This document shows, piece by piece, positions 1-12,840 of a stretch of 64,000 nt of DNA (its first letter is position 1; every line of letters begins with the position of its first letter). A program made the translations under genes and the position numbers. This DNA comes from Trypanosoma brucei (taxonomy: Eukaryota). The notes below the pieces were generated by a model, which had not been told where the DNA came from, searched no databases, and saw only the letters and a program-made list of their open reading frames with translations. The stretch covers positions 96,001 through 160,000 of the forward strand of contig CM000207.1 in assembly GCA_000002445.1 (NCBI GenBank), given 5' to 3'.

Positions 1-60
1 CTTTTGTCATTAACAAGGCGCCTCTATTGCTTGCAGTTTTTGTTTCTAGGATAAGACTTT
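1..60 (+). pseudogene. VSG: 3' terminal fragment of an upstream VSG (GPI-signal tail coding region), truncated by the window edge. Its 3' UTR follows to about 165.
   Basis: Translation ...PLLLAVFVS.. plus a downstream UTR closely homologous to the VSG end at 6905-7060 (cctcttttgcttgcagtttt...tttaaga..tattggtaaa). Confidence 0.5.
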
Positions 61-317
61 TAAGATTTATTGGTAAAAGCTTTTTGCCCCATTTTATAAA
101 ATTTATGATACTTTCTAAAATTGCGCAATTTTGACATGTTTTAAACTTGTAAAAAAATTGGCATATTTTTAAACGACAAAAAAATGTAGTTTTGGTACAA
201 AAATGGACTATGGTTGTAAAGTAGCAGAACGATGGGGTAACTTTTTCCTTGCTTTTCAGAAATTCTTCTAATATTGTTTATATTATGGATATGAGTAAAG
301 GTTATTAATAACATTTA

Positions 318-395
318 TAAAATTAATAATAATAAATAATAATCATAATAATAATATGAGTATGTATATTCTAATATTATAATAAGAGGAGTGGT
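318..395 (+). repeat. 70-bp repeat (VSG upstream recombination repeat), about 1 copy
   Basis: aataataataaataataatcataataataatatgagtatgtatattctaatattataataagagg: a TAA/TGA triplet run followed by GTGTATATAC..AATATTATAATAAGAG. Confidence 0.85.
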
Positions 396-1542
396 GGTGA
401 AGAATAAATGAACAGAAGAAATGAATTTCTTTAAAAATGGCAAAGTCACAATAAAAGTAAGTAAATTGGTGTGACGGTGAGAAAGAGAGAAAAACTGAAG
501 AGATAAAACAAGGAGTTTTATCAATAGAATGGGGAGCGAAAGAGAAAAATCAGGAAGTGAGGAAAAGGAAAAAGAACGATGGAATATACTGAGTTTTAAA
601 CACAATCATATTGATTGGCATGATTATACAAAAGGGTATGGAAAGTGAAATGAGGGAGAGAGTATGTGCGCTGTGGAGAAAACAAATAGAGTTTCTACGT
701 TATATGCAGGAACAGTACGAGAAGAGAAAATATAAGAAAGAAAAAAACAGAGTGAAAGAACTTGAAGAACTGTAGAGTAGCACAGAGGTTAATAATACAA
801 CAGTATGTTGCGCTCCTCATTTCAGACAAAAATGGGCTGATGCTGCTGCGGAGATAGTGAAGACTGTATTTTGTAATCTGATTCTTGATCATAATATCTA
901 GCTATAAATAAAAATAGATGAAAGGAAGTGGATAAATGTGATGTCATGTTAAAGTTTTCTTATCATTTTTACTATTAAAAGCCAACATTTGAGTCAGCAA
1001 CAATATGGTATTTTTTGGAGAAAGATTTTAATACTGAGATCACAAATGGATTTCTGTGAGAAGCAAAAGAATTGTTAAAATCGGTAAATGCTTAAAAAAG
1101 CATGTATGAAACAATCGGGAGGCTTTTTTCAAGTGAAGAGAATCAATAGTGATACTCTTTCGATTCCATATTGATGTGCTTTCCAGACATGAAGAACTCT
1201 CATAGAAAGAATATATTGTATAAAAGGTGTCGCTAACGCCAATATAAGTGGTTTTATTGACAAGTTAAAGGCAGCAATGAAGTTATATTCGGACAGAAAA
1301 TCACTGACTATTAAGCATCTGACAGAGTTATTTACGAAAAAAACGTGGCTAAAACACAAAGTCAATCTTATTCACGAACAACACAAGCGCTTCTTTGTCA
1401 TAGCACCACCATAAAAAGGAAGCTTTTCGACAGTAGCGGCTGAAAAAACATAAGATTCAAATTTTTAGGCATAGATATGTGTGCGGTTTTCTTACTTGGA
1501 ACAGAGGCTCAGGCTTGCGGCGGCACAGAGTATATTCAATGT

Positions 1543-1565
1543 ATATATATATATATATATATATA
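1543..1565. repeat. (TA)n microsatellite
   Basis: gtatatatatatatatatatatatagg, read directly. Confidence 0.9.
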
Positions 1566-2167
1566 GGGAACGACGAAGACGAGCAAGGCGGCAATATCAG
1601 ACTTCCTTGTGAAAAAATTGGCAATCAAAACTATAACCGTGCTTGTATTTACAAATTTTTATAAACGTCAAAAACACTTGCAACACAATTGAAAAAGCGG
1701 AGCTGAGAAGCCGAAAAAATTAATCTAAATAAACTGAACGCCGAGTTTGAAACATCGATTCAAGCACTCACGACAGACAAAATATCAATAGAAAATTTGC
1801 GCTTACTGAGCACCAGGCCACCGTGAGCAGATGAACCGTTCCTAGCTTACAAGTGTAGCCCGGGCACCACAGAGCATATCGCAGCAGCCAATAAGCAGTA
1901 GACAGTCATAGCGCAGGCAGGCCCAACGCCAACCGAGGTGATATTTAATCGCAAGTTTAGGCAAACACACGCCATGCATGTCAACAAACCTCTTTATATT
2001 TGTCACTTCTTTCTGAATTTTACTGATTACTTTTGTAAATGAGCGCCAAAGATTTTGTTTTAAAAACTAAGCTACTGTAGGCAGGGTTCCTACAATAGCA
2101 CAGGGAACTGAAGCAATTTATAAGATTATAGCGATTCCAGAAGCGCGATACATAAATTAATCAACAC

Positions 2168-3697
2168 ATGTCCAGTGGAACCGTCATTCTGACCTACATA
2201 CTTCTAATAAGTGCGTCACAACGCGACAGACGTCAGCTGCAGAAAGCATCGCTCTGAAAAACACGGTGTGGCAACCCATTTGCCAGCTATCAGAAGAACT
2301 GGGAACTCTTCCAGGCTTTGCGCTTGACCAAGCAGTGCAGGCGCTCAAAGCGGCACAAACTTTCGACATGGCTTCACAGCGGGCGCCATATACGCAGCGA
2401 TCAACATAGGGACACTTCTAGCCGAAAAGGCGACCCTTCTAAAAGATTATTACCCCTGGCTAGCTTCCAGGGCCTACGAAAAACTGAAAACCTCGGCCAT
2501 AAAAACTCAATTAAAAGCCGCAACAAAAAGAGCTTACATAAAGGGCAGAATGGACGACTATCTAGCGCTGCTCGCGCAGTCAACGACAGCATCAAACAAT
2601 GCTTGCTTACTGCCCGGAAAAACCAACGACGACGCCGCTGCTTACACAAAGGGTGCAACGATTGGTACAACGCCGTGCAAGCTACAGAGCCCAAGCCTAA
2701 AGTCGACAGAACGGTTTTCGTCGGAGCTAACAAATGACGGATACAAAAACCTAGCCAAGGGGGCTACGGCAGGAGACAACCACCAACAGGCCGACGGCGG
2801 CGACGGCAACAAGTGCAAACTTCTCAGCGGCTACAACACAAACGGCTATGCAAATTGCGGCGGTCTGACAACCAGTCCCAAAGTAATGGCCGGTTATATC
2901 GCGATACCAAACACGGCGAACGGAATAACCCTAGAGACAAAAGAAAACCTCAAAACAGCAAACAGGGAAGATACCAAGCCGTGGTATGAAGCCTTTGAAG
3001 CAACAAACAGATTAAGCACAGCGAACGACGTAGAGTTCCGCAACGATACTGGTGACTTACACAGGAAAACAACGCTTAAAGCCGCTGTCAAAGTGCTCTT
3101 GCTAGCCAAGCCCAAAGCGACTGACACTGACATGACAACGGCAATAGACAAGATCTTTGGCAATAAAACCGACGAAAAGAGAACGAATCTTGAAAATGCG
3201 ATAGATAACACAGAAATCCCAGGTGAAGTAACAAAGCAATCAGAAACGACGAGACTCGGCTCTATAACACACCTCGCAAAACTAAGTGAAGGACTGGCAT
3301 ATAAGCTCACAAAAGACCTCGAAGAAGATGCCAAACCGAAGGAAATCCCCAAAGAAACCACCGTCACAGACAAAGATTGCGTTTGAAAAAAAGGAGAAGA
3401 CTGTAAAGGGGATTGCGAACTTGTAGAAGAAGTTTGCAAACCCATAAAGAAAGGAGATAGAGAAAACAAAGAGAAAGATGGGGGAAAGCCCTCAGATAGG
3501 TGTACAAAACACGGCACTGACAAAACCAAATGTGAAGCTGAAAAAAACAGCAGGACAAACCCCCGTTTGTAGTTTCAGTAGTGGAAAAAGATAAAGAGGA
3601 TGACAAGGATGCAGAAATGTGCCGTGATTCCAGTTTTCTCGTCAATAAGAAATTGGCTCTGATTGTTTCTGCTTTTGTGGCTATGGTAGAATTTTAG
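2168..3697 (+). pseudogene. VSG: VSG pseudogene. N-terminal domain (A-type-like), Cys-rich C-terminal domain and GPI tail are spread over 3 frames.
   Basis: ATG at 2168 with signal-peptide-like MSSGTVILTYILLISA, then an in-frame stop. The long ORF 2550-3386 reads ..MDDYLALLAQSTTASNNACLLPGKTNDDAAAYTKG... The C-terminal domain ...CTKHGTDKTKCEAEK.. and tail SSFLVNKKLALIVSAFVAMVEF* end at 3697 in another frame. Confidence 0.8.
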
Positions 3698-3949
3698 CCT
3701 TTTTTTAGTTATAAAATTCTAATTATTCTCGTACAAGTTTGTGTGACTTATTATATTTATTAAAATTGTATATTTGTTTGCAGTGGTTGACAAATATTTT
3801 AAAATTGGATAAATTTTTAAAAATATAAAATTTTGGTATGAAAGTGGCCTATGTGTGTAATAAACCGAATTATAATGTACGAAAAATGAAGTAATATTAT
3901 GTGATTTTCCTAAATTGGTTAATTTTATGCATATTAGAAGTAAATTATG

Positions 3950-4020
3950 GTTATAATTATTATTATTATGAAAGAAGAGCGTCGCGAGTGTATATTCTAA
4001 TATTATAAAAGGAACAGTGT
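3950..4020 (+). repeat. 70-bp repeat
   Basis: ggttataattattattattatgaaagaagagcgtcgcgagtgtatattctaatattataaaagg. Confidence 0.8.
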
Positions 4021-5528
4021 AGCAGAGCAACAGGAAAGAAACAGTTAAAGCACTTATAATTTGCTGTCTGCCATAAGGTGGGTTAGTGAATGTGGCAGGG
4101 AGTGAGTAAAAAAGAGCAAAATAACAGCATTGAATGAAACGGAGAAAGATAAAGAGAAATGGAGATGGAATATGCGCAGTTTCAAACACTAGTATAGCGA
4201 TGGATATCATCATACAAAGGAAGTGATGTGTGATAAATGAAGAAGAGACATTGTGCAGTGTGCATGGCAAGTGCAATCCACATGTTTTATGCACAAATAG
4301 CAACAGAAAAACGCTGATGGTAAAATAAAGAGTAAAAAAACTTGACGCGTGACAGTGAAGCACAAAGATTACAAAAGAATAAACATGGCAAATGATCCCC
4401 GTATTTCAATTTAAAAAATATAGATGTAACCGCATATATGATAGCGTATCCTAGTATCTATTCCTCAAAAAGAACATGACAAAGAAGAAGCATTAAAAAG
4501 GAAAATTGGTAAGTGTCATGTAATATTTAAATGTTCTTTTCATAAGATATCGTAATAATAGTTAACACTTGTCGAAAAAATATAATATTATTGGTAGGAT
4601 CATTTTACAACTATGAATACCAGCGGCTTACCCTTAAAAACAAAATAATTATAAAAATTTAAAGCTTCTTAAAATAGAAAATAAATGAAGCGATAGAGGC
4701 TCTATACAAAGTAAAGAGAATAAACAGTACTATTCCACCAATTTTGCATTGGTTTAACGGCCAAACACTAATACAGTTTAAGGTGTGCGTAATTCATATA
4801 AAGATATATGTGCAAACCAGATTGGTGGTGCGAATCCGAAGAGGGAAAGAAGTATATAAAGCTCTTTTAGAATCAATTTACAACTCTCAAACATCTTCAG
4901 AGCTGAGTACGACAAATTTCAAAAAAAAAAGAAACAGTAGAGACCGCATCCGATCCGAATACGATGCTATTTTGTTAGTTAAAGTAAACGCGAAGGCACA
5001 AAATTAACAGGCGATAAATAGCGGGAGAGAGAGAGAGGGCCGTGCATGTTAAGCGTTTTAGCGGCATCAACACATACGGTATTTTCAGAGTCAACAGTGA
5101 AAAAGGTATAGCTGTAGATGCAAGACACAAGAAATATAGATGCCAACCGATATGGGTTAGAATTCAAAAGTTCAGATTCTTCGCGTAACATGCATGCTTT
5201 GTCTGACGCATAATGTGGCGGCCGAAACGCTGGAGATGTCCCTTCCATATTCCTTCCAGACGTCTGAAACAACCAACCGCGTCTTTCAGTGCATTGAAAA
5301 AGAAAACCAGAAAAAAGAGGCAGTGTCACGGCGGGGCCAATACACAACACAAATTCATTAAAAAATAAATAACTTGTAACGCTACCGTCTTTACAGCGCC
5401 AATAACATTAAGGAAAACTGAAATTAAACAGTCATACTAATACAGTCCTTTTCGGACACATAACATTTCCTATATCACTCCATTTCCACAATAAAACAAC
5501 ACAAAATATAGAAAGACAGCGTGACCAG

Positions 5529-6951
5529 ATGTTACTTAAAGCAGTCTTCCTTATGGCGTTAACGTCGAGCGGATCGTGCACGAACTTTCACACCTACGAC
5601 AAGCAAGTAGCGAGCCCTTGCGACAGCAGCCATTACCTCGACAACATGGTAGCAGCCGCCAGCGCGGCGCTCAAAGCGCCGACAACCTCAGTTCAGAAAG
5701 CGCTAGAGCAGGCAAGCCAAATGTCGCTACTGGCAGATACCGTCGACGGTGCGGAGCGCACGGCCGCGCACCTGGCAGCAGCGCTGGCGATAAGTCAAGC
5801 CGCGCAAGCAATTGAAAGCACAATCGGCCAGTGGGACAGTATAATAACTGGGATGGTGGCAGCAAGCAAGCTCGCGGCGACAGCCGCTTTAGTCGACGAA
5901 CTAGCCGAAACGACGACCACCGACATAGCGACGAAGACTACGGGAACGATCACGCCAGCAACTGATATGTCTGTGCAAGCAAAGCTAAAGCCAAACGAGC
6001 TGGGGTTTTGCAAACAGGCAGCTGGCGCATTGAAACAGACCAAAACCGCGGACAACACGCACAGTTCAACCAAAACAATCACCGCTTACGCCTTAAAACC
6101 AACACCGAAAGCCAGCGAAGCAACACGCGGAGAGAACATGGTTTGTCTTCTCACCGGAGCCAACACCGTATCCGGCCAAAAGTGCGGCACAACTGCGACA
6201 GCAGTGGGCTACAAAGGCGGAAGGCTCCTCGAAGCAACGCAAATTAAACTGACAAAAAACCCGGCGACACAGAACAAAACTACGCAGACACGACAGAAAG
6301 CGGGATTGTATCTGACAAAACGACGATCAACCAATTGTCGAAGCAGATTGCCGCAATGGAAAATGCAGCAGTCAAGTTAAAAGTAGCGGCTGCAGTTAGT
6401 CCCGAAGCAAGCGTAATCGACACAGCAACAAAAGATGCAATCGCGCGTTACCTGACAGACGAAAAAGCAGACTACAACAAAAATAAAGACGCTGTGGACA
6501 AATTTATATCAGACAACTTTGGGGAAGGCGGCAAAAATATCAAAGAAAAACTAGGCACAAAAGTCGAACAGATGAAGCCAACAAAGGCAGCTACTGGAGG
6601 AAATGGCTACGCCAAACTAACTGACCTCGTCCGCACCGATGAACTTAAGAAAGCTCAACTTTACTACACTGTAGCTGCCTTAGTCAAAGAGCAAGAAGAA
6701 AAGAAGAAAAAACAGGCAAGTCCATCATGTCCCTCAAAAGCAGACAAAGCGTCAGAACCACCCAATCAGCAGACGAATGCAAAAAGCACTTAACAGAGAA
6801 ACCCTGTAAGGATGAAAAAGGTTGCGAATTTGATGAGGAAAAACCAGAGGGTGAAAGATGCTTTCCAAAAGAAAACTCATCTACGACCTCAACAGTAAGC
6901 AATTCTATTGTGATTAAGATACCTCTTTTGCTTGCAGTTTTGACTCTATGA
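5529..6951 (+). pseudogene. VSG: VSG pseudogene with two frameshifts (frames 0, 2, 1)
   Basis: Signal peptide MLLKAVFLMALTSSGSC. N-terminal-domain ORF 5529-6380. Continuation ORF 6335-6793. C-terminal domain CKDEKGCEFDEEKPEGERCFPKENSS.. and GPI tail IPLLLAVLTL* ending at 6951. 16-mer-like tgatatattttaatag at 7039-7054. Confidence 0.85.
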
Positions 6952-7038
6952 TGAAATTTTAAGAGCTATTGGTAAAGGATTTTCGATCGTTTTTATAAAC
7001 ATTTCGTATTATGAGGAATTTCTAAATTTGATAGCATT

Positions 7039-7054
7039 TGATATATTTTAATAG
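7039..7054 (+). promoter_or_regulatory. VSG 3'-UTR 16-mer variant (mRNA stability element)
   Basis: tgatatattttaatag versus consensus TGATATATTTTAACAC. Confidence 0.6.
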
Positions 7055-7239
7055 TTTTTGATGAAAATTTAAAATTTGTTGAAAATGTGAAAGATATGTA
7101 AAATATGACAATTTTGTAATGTGTGCATGATTGTAGCCTATGGGTGTAGAGTATCATGGTGGTGGGTTATAAAAAATTAGTGATGTTCTCAAAGTTGGAT
7201 TACTTGTTTATATTATGCATATTAGGAGTAATTTAAGGT

Positions 7240-7325
7240 TATAATAACAATAAGTTTTATTATTATGATAGTTATATAAAGAGAGTATTGTGAGTGTGTA
7301 TACACTAGTATTATAATAGTTGAGA
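7240..7325 (+). repeat. 70-bp repeat
   Basis: ggttataataacaataagttttattattatgatagttatataaagagagtattgtgagtgtgtatacactagtattataatag. Confidence 0.85.
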
Positions 7326-8782
7326 CTGAAGAAGAAATGGCATTTCCAAATAATACTATTGAAAAAAATGGAAATGGTGCAATGGAAGTAAGTGAGTATG
7401 ATTGGAATGAGTAGAAGCGAACAGGAATTTTATAATAATAGAATATGCAAAGGGGAAGGAGTATACGCACTTGTGAACTAAGAAGTAAAAACAATCATTA
7501 TATTCATGTATATAGAGGCCTTTATCTGAAAGAGGAACTTGATAGCTGACACAGAAATGGTAGATACTACTTTTTACAAAGCAGTAGCAAAGGAGAGATG
7601 ATTTGTTGAAAGTTTGGTAAACAACAGCAGCAAAAGAATAGTATAACAGAGACAGTAAACGATGAAGCCAGTGTATGAGGTAAAACAATCTAATGATAAT
7701 CAACAAATTGCTTGTTGGAATACTTCTTGGACACTAGTGCCGTAAAATAAGCGATTAAGTAACATAGGAGTTTTCGATTCTTTACATCTTGCGGTACAGA
7801 TTAATAAACATGTCGCGAAAAGCACTTTCAGTACCGAATCGACCGAGCATTAGGCAATTGCGGCGCAAAGCAGCACCACCAGCGAAAAACCCCAAAAGAA
7901 GAATACGTGTTCGAGAAACACCAACTCTATCTTTTGAATTAAAGTTAAAACGAATCAAAAAAACAACAACTGAGAACCTGCAGTTAGTACCATAAATTTA
8001 ATAGTTTTTAAATATAAATATAGAAAAGCAGGGTGTAATGATAAAAGTTAACAAAACGTGTTTTTACTGTGTGAATTTCTTATGTAACTAACATCCAAAT
8101 GACAACTGTAGTGACGCTTCCTTTTATTCTTTCCTTTGAAGAGAACAGAAGCAAGAAACTATTTACACCGTCATGGCAGAATGGTCAGAATAAAAGCAAG
8201 GCAACACCCAGTACACAAAACACGATGAAAGCTCCACCCAAAACACGAGCACCAAAAAGCAATCACACTTAACCCAAATGGAAAGAAGGCACCGACGCAA
8301 AAGACAACAAACCGACTAAGCGGAAGCAACTCCAAAAAAGTTCACAATTCCGTGGTGAGTTCCAACCACTAAGCAGACGATGCGGACAGCAGAAGTTGAC
8401 TGAAACGAAAATATCTTTGACAACTACAAAATGACAATGAACACATGGTTGTGATAAGCAGCACTAGTAGATAAACAACCTCAAAATCTTGCTACAACGA
8501 AAAGGCCTATATATCAAAAGAAAATATATCTAAGAGCATTACATTCGCCCGCGTTACCAATACTCAGGCGTCATATAACGACAATAAACCAGCACTCAAA
8601 CAAAGCTTGGTATATTGAACAACAAAAAATATAAAAAACCAATAACCAGGCTTTAACAACTAGTCAATGCAGTGTTTAACCACAGCTGTTCCTAGCACTA
8701 AAATATGCTCTACAAACTTTATTATTTTTTGTTAAATTGTTAAGAAGTTAAACACAAAGCAACAAAGCAGCTACCGACTTAC

Positions 8783-10294
8783 ATGCTTCTACTACTCGCT
8801 TTAACGGCTACAATAATAAGAAATGACGCTCAAGCGCAAATACACGAAGCACCAAAAATTATAGCCTCAGCATGCGACTCAACGCGACAAACAGAACACG
8901 TGTTAACACAAATCAAGAGCAAAATTGAAACAGCATTTCAACAGATAGTTCTAGGTAAAAAAACATCCGCGAAATTGTCAGTGGCGGCGGCAGCGAGCAC
9001 AGGGGAGAAGGCAGTAGCTTACGCGGCACTAGCAGCAAGCGCAGCAGTAAAACTACAGGCCGCGGAACAAAACCTGCAAAGCAATCTGGACGCCCTCCTC
9101 AAAGGCGCGGCAGCGGCCGCCGAACTCACGGCCACAGAAGAACTTGTATCAGAGGCAGCGGACCTTTCTTTAGAAGCAAGGTCAGGGGCGCGGACATCAA
9201 CTGCATCGGGGACGCAGGGCGGTCTACCACTGAGGTTCGCAAGGTTCGGCGGTGGGAAGAGCAAATGCGACACAGCCAAGGAGGCAGCCGATCAGAGAAA
9301 AGCGGCTCCGGGAACCAAAGGCGGCGACAAAATCTCGTTCGCCCACCTGCAAAACCGACCAAAAATAGGCAACGACAAAAAGCTAGCTGCACTGTGCGGC
9401 GACGACAATACACCGCCTAACAACTGCGACGGAAGCGCGGACGCCGACCTGACCTACTTCGAAATAACAACTGGGACCCTACTCACAGAAAAGATGAAGC
9501 AGTACAACAAAGGACCCCAACCCACAGATGGATACACACCAGACACGCCGGAGCCGACAGCCTTACTGCCGAGGGAAACTTACGTAACTGGCCGGCTCAA
9601 CATTATAAAGCAAGCAGGACATGCGTACGACAGCATAACCTTTACAGCAGACAGCTTAAAAAACTCTGCGCTGGTGACGGACGGCACAACACAAGCTCTG
9701 CTAGAAACGACATTGCTCACACAAAAGGAGCGCGAACAAACCGATATACGACAAAATAAATTAGAGGAAATAACGGCCCGCTTGTATGGCAAAGCGGGCA
9801 CAGACGTCAAGGCGCGCATATGGGAGCCAATTGAAATAATACCGATACAAGCGGAAGCTACAGAAGACAACAAAGCCACAGAGCTAAAGCACCTCACAGA
9901 CATAGGCAAACTCAGACGGGCAGCAGCTTTTTACTTAGCCAAGCAAGCCACAAAAGCCGAAACTGCAGCAGTGCAGAAGGCAACGGAATCCACGGAAAAA
10001 ACAGAGAGAGCAAAAACAACAGAAAATAGGAAATATGGGGATAAAAAAGATGAGGTTTGCAAAGCCACTGACGAAAAAGATTGCGACAAAAACAAATGCG
10101 AATGGAATAAGGAAAAGAATGAGTGCAAAGTTAAAGAAAGTGCTTTTATTATTTCTGTATCAATTAAGGCGATTCTTCTGCTCAAATATTTTGGTTTTAG
10201 TGTGAAATATTTAATATTTTTTCAAATAAACTCTATAAAATTGATAGGGTTTTTTGATTTTGAGAGAATCTTATATTTTGAAAGATTATGGTAA
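8783..10294 (+). CDS. VSG: VSG, apparently full-length (503 codons), but with an atypical extended C-terminus (possible lost stop)
   Basis: Single ORF from ATG 8783. Signal peptide MLLLLALTATIIRNDAQA, N-terminal domain, C-terminal domain CKATDEKDCDKNKCEWNKEKNECKVKE. The hydrophobic tail SAFIISVSIKAILLL is then followed by about 30 extra codons before the stop. Confidence 0.65.
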   Translation: MLLLLALTATIIRNDAQAQIHEAPKIIASACDSTRQTEHVLTQIKSKIETAFQQIVLGKKTSAKLSVAAAASTGEKAVAYAALAASAAVKLQAAEQNLQSNLDALLKGAAAAAELTATEELVSEAADLSLEARSGARTSTASGTQGGLPLRFARFGGGKSKCDTAKEAADQRKAAPGTKGGDKISFAHLQNRPKIGNDKKLAALCGDDNTPPNNCDGSADADLTYFEITTGTLLTEKMKQYNKGPQPTDGYTPDTPEPTALLPRETYVTGRLNIIKQAGHAYDSITFTADSLKNSALVTDGTTQALLETTLLTQKEREQTDIRQNKLEEITARLYGKAGTDVKARIWEPIEIIPIQAEATEDNKATELKHLTDIGKLRRAAAFYLAKQATKAETAAVQKATESTEKTERAKTTENRKYGDKKDEVCKATDEKDCDKNKCEWNKEKNECKVKESAFIISVSIKAILLLKYFGFSVKYLIFFQINSIKLIGFFDFERILYFERLW

Positions 10295-10429
10295 AATCTG
10301 ATATATAATAATTCTTTTGAAAATTTCAAAAATTCAGTGAAAATGTAAATGATAGTGGCGTATAGGTGTATAAATATATGGCGATAAGAAATAAAATATA
10401 TCACTTTTTTATTATGTTTATTTTATGGT

Positions 10430-10520
10430 TATTAGTTAGGGTTATAATGCCAATAGTAAAAAATGATCATTATAGGAAAGTATTTGAGTATGTATATACT
10501 AATATTTTATTAAAAACGTT
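10430..10520 (+). repeat. 70-bp repeat (degenerate)
   Basis: ggttattagttagggttataatgccaatagtaaaaaatgatcattataggaaagtatttgagtatgtatatactaatatttta. Confidence 0.7.
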
Positions 10521-11479
10521 TGTGAAAATCAAAAGTTGTGTTACATATAAGCTCTTAATATAATGCCAAGCGTACGACGAGAGTAAGTGACTGTGATGGA
10601 AAATGAGAAATGAAGATGAAATATACGCATTTTGAAGCACACAAATAAATATTGCTGTTATCATGCACAAATATAATGATGAAAGGGACATAGGGGGAGA
10701 TGCAGAATTCATAGTATAACTCAAATTTTTCTACTATGGCATCCGCAGAGGCACGGACAGCAGAACACAAAAATTAGGAAAGAAAATATGGAGTGGAACA
10801 ACCTGATATTCCTAAATCACGGCAAATTTTAAAAGAAACATCAGGAATACCAATTCCAATTATCCTCCGTGCTTTGCTCAAAAATAGATAAATGATACCG
10901 TAGAAATTCTAGTAGAAACAACAGTATTAGTAGTTCATAAAGCAATGGTGATGAAAGGCCTGTACTCAAACCTATTTTGGTGATAAGTGACAGAGGATAC
11001 TAGTAGCATTCTTTGTAAAATGCGAACGCAGTACTGTATCTAGCCACTTAAATCCCATATTGACATATATAAATAGAAAATGTGAGTACATGGAACAGTA
11101 GATTACATGTAGTGCTCAGAAACACTATGTGTATTATGACCTAATTCTTGAAGAAAAACAATATGAAAAATAAGTTTGGCAAACTGAGTACACATCCTTC
11201 AAAAGATGTATCATAAAAATATAAAGGAATTACTTATATGCATAAACAAAAAATCCTTAGATAGACATCTTAGAGAAGAAAATGACTAATTTCCTTTACA
11301 TTTTTATGTCTTTTTTACAACTCCATCAAATTTTTAGAGATAGGTTTTGGAATGAACTTTTGTACCTTAAAAGTTTCATTATTGCCGCTGCTATTGCATT
11401 TCATGTGTTTAAGATTAATATCCCTTCAAGATTACGAAAAAATAACAAGCAAATATAATAAATAATGATACTAAGAAAC

Positions 11480-12320
11480 AAAATGTGCTTCTGGTTGTTG
11501 TTCAAACTCATGCAACACAAAGATGGTTTAGGTTAATATTGAGTGCTAAACTAAGCCATGTTGAAATTATTACAATTGTGATGGGAGGTTTGTATAACCA
11601 TATTAAAAGATCTGGATAGGTTGTACAATATTGATAAAGGCATAATGCAACTGATGAGGATATTGTAATTCATTTGGACGGGTCTGATGCTATTTTTTTT
11701 GATCGTCATAAAAATGAGATTGATGTAGAGTATTTTATATATGATAATGCAAATATAGAACAGAATATTTACAAAGAGCATGTGGAGAGATTCTATTGAT
11801 TTTTTAATGTAGGTTACAGAAAACGGAAGTATAAAAAGTTACCTCATTTACTGAAATCACCTCCTAGCGGAAAACCTTATCTTAGTGGTGGTGAGTTAAT
11901 AGCAAGAGTTTGGGAAAATTATAAATTTAATATGCATTTGGGAATTATTAAATGGAAGAGAGGAATTGTAGTCAGATCAGATAATTTACAAATTTTTCAT
12001 GATTTGTACTGAAATTAAAGAAGAAGCTGTTGTACAGAGATTTGTTTTGAGGAAGGGAGTGAGTACATTATATTATAAATAGAGATTCTTTTCCATTTCA
12101 AATAGTGAAGAAATCGGAGAGGCACCATTCATACATTTTACAGGATAGCCAATTGCGTAGGAACGGAAAGAAAAGTTGGTTTTGAAATATCTTATTTGTT
12201 ATAGAGAGCTGGAAAAGAGGAAGTTTGATGCTGAATATTTGGATAAAATTGAAACTTATGTAGTCAGTTGAGATAAATGGGGTTTTAAAGATGGAGAGAT
12301 TGTGGTGAGTCATACAAATG
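11480..12320 (+). pseudogene. Copy 1 of a dispersed ~0.75-kb element: degenerate GT31/Fringe-like glycosyltransferase relic (possibly ESAG3-like)
   Basis: Shares ...attgagtgctaaactaagccatgttgaaattattacaattgtgatgggaggtttgtataaccat... with copies at 36385 and 49255. Translations: DEDIVIHLDGSDAIFFD (DxD-like) and KLPHLLKSPPSGKPYLSGGELIARVW (YxSGGG-like). Confidence 0.5.
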
Positions 12321-12840
12321 AGGGGATTTGTTTAAGTCCGAGAAACTATAAACAACAGCAATATTCTGAGCTCAACAAGTTAGATGCAGCTAAACTGCGC
12401 AAATACCTGCAACTAGAAACGTAAAATAGTCAGCTCTGTCTACCGAACTCATGTCAAACAGCTAGCCAGCCAGCATCCAGAACTCACTCACCTAACGATG
12501 CACGTGCCCTCACAAGAAGACCGCCGCAGGCAAACATCTTTTCGGCAGCAATTGGCGCAAACCTCCATCGCAAACAGAGACGAGAAAATGGCGGTCGAAA
12601 AAACTGGCCGTGCGAACGAAAGACGTAGCCCCCTTCAAGACCCACGGCACCTGAATATTAGCAGCAAAGCAACATACTTACACAGCCGACCCGACTCGAG
12701 GTTGCAGCGAAACAAACATGAGCAGCCGCTGCAACTAAATTCAAATCCCAGAAAATACCACACCCTAATAGCAAAGCCGACTCCGCGTGTAGCTCCTCAC
12801 CAATATTTTAAAGTCGTTTTTTGACACCACATGCGATTCA

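Noticed and set aside
2894..3529. Long minus-strand ORFs overlapping VSG genes (for example 2894-3529, 9019-9279, 40623-41015, 54692-55198)
   Set aside because: These are antisense reading frames opened by the biased codon composition (Ala/Thr/Lys-rich) of VSG coding sequence. They lack any independent signal and overlap bona fide VSG ORFs.
12498..12824. ORF 12498-12824 (108 aa, Arg/Gln-rich) as an independent gene
   Set aside because: It has low complexity and no signal or domain features. It lies where the damaged N-terminus of the VSG pseudogene (12841-14449) should be, so it is most likely out-of-frame VSG remnant.
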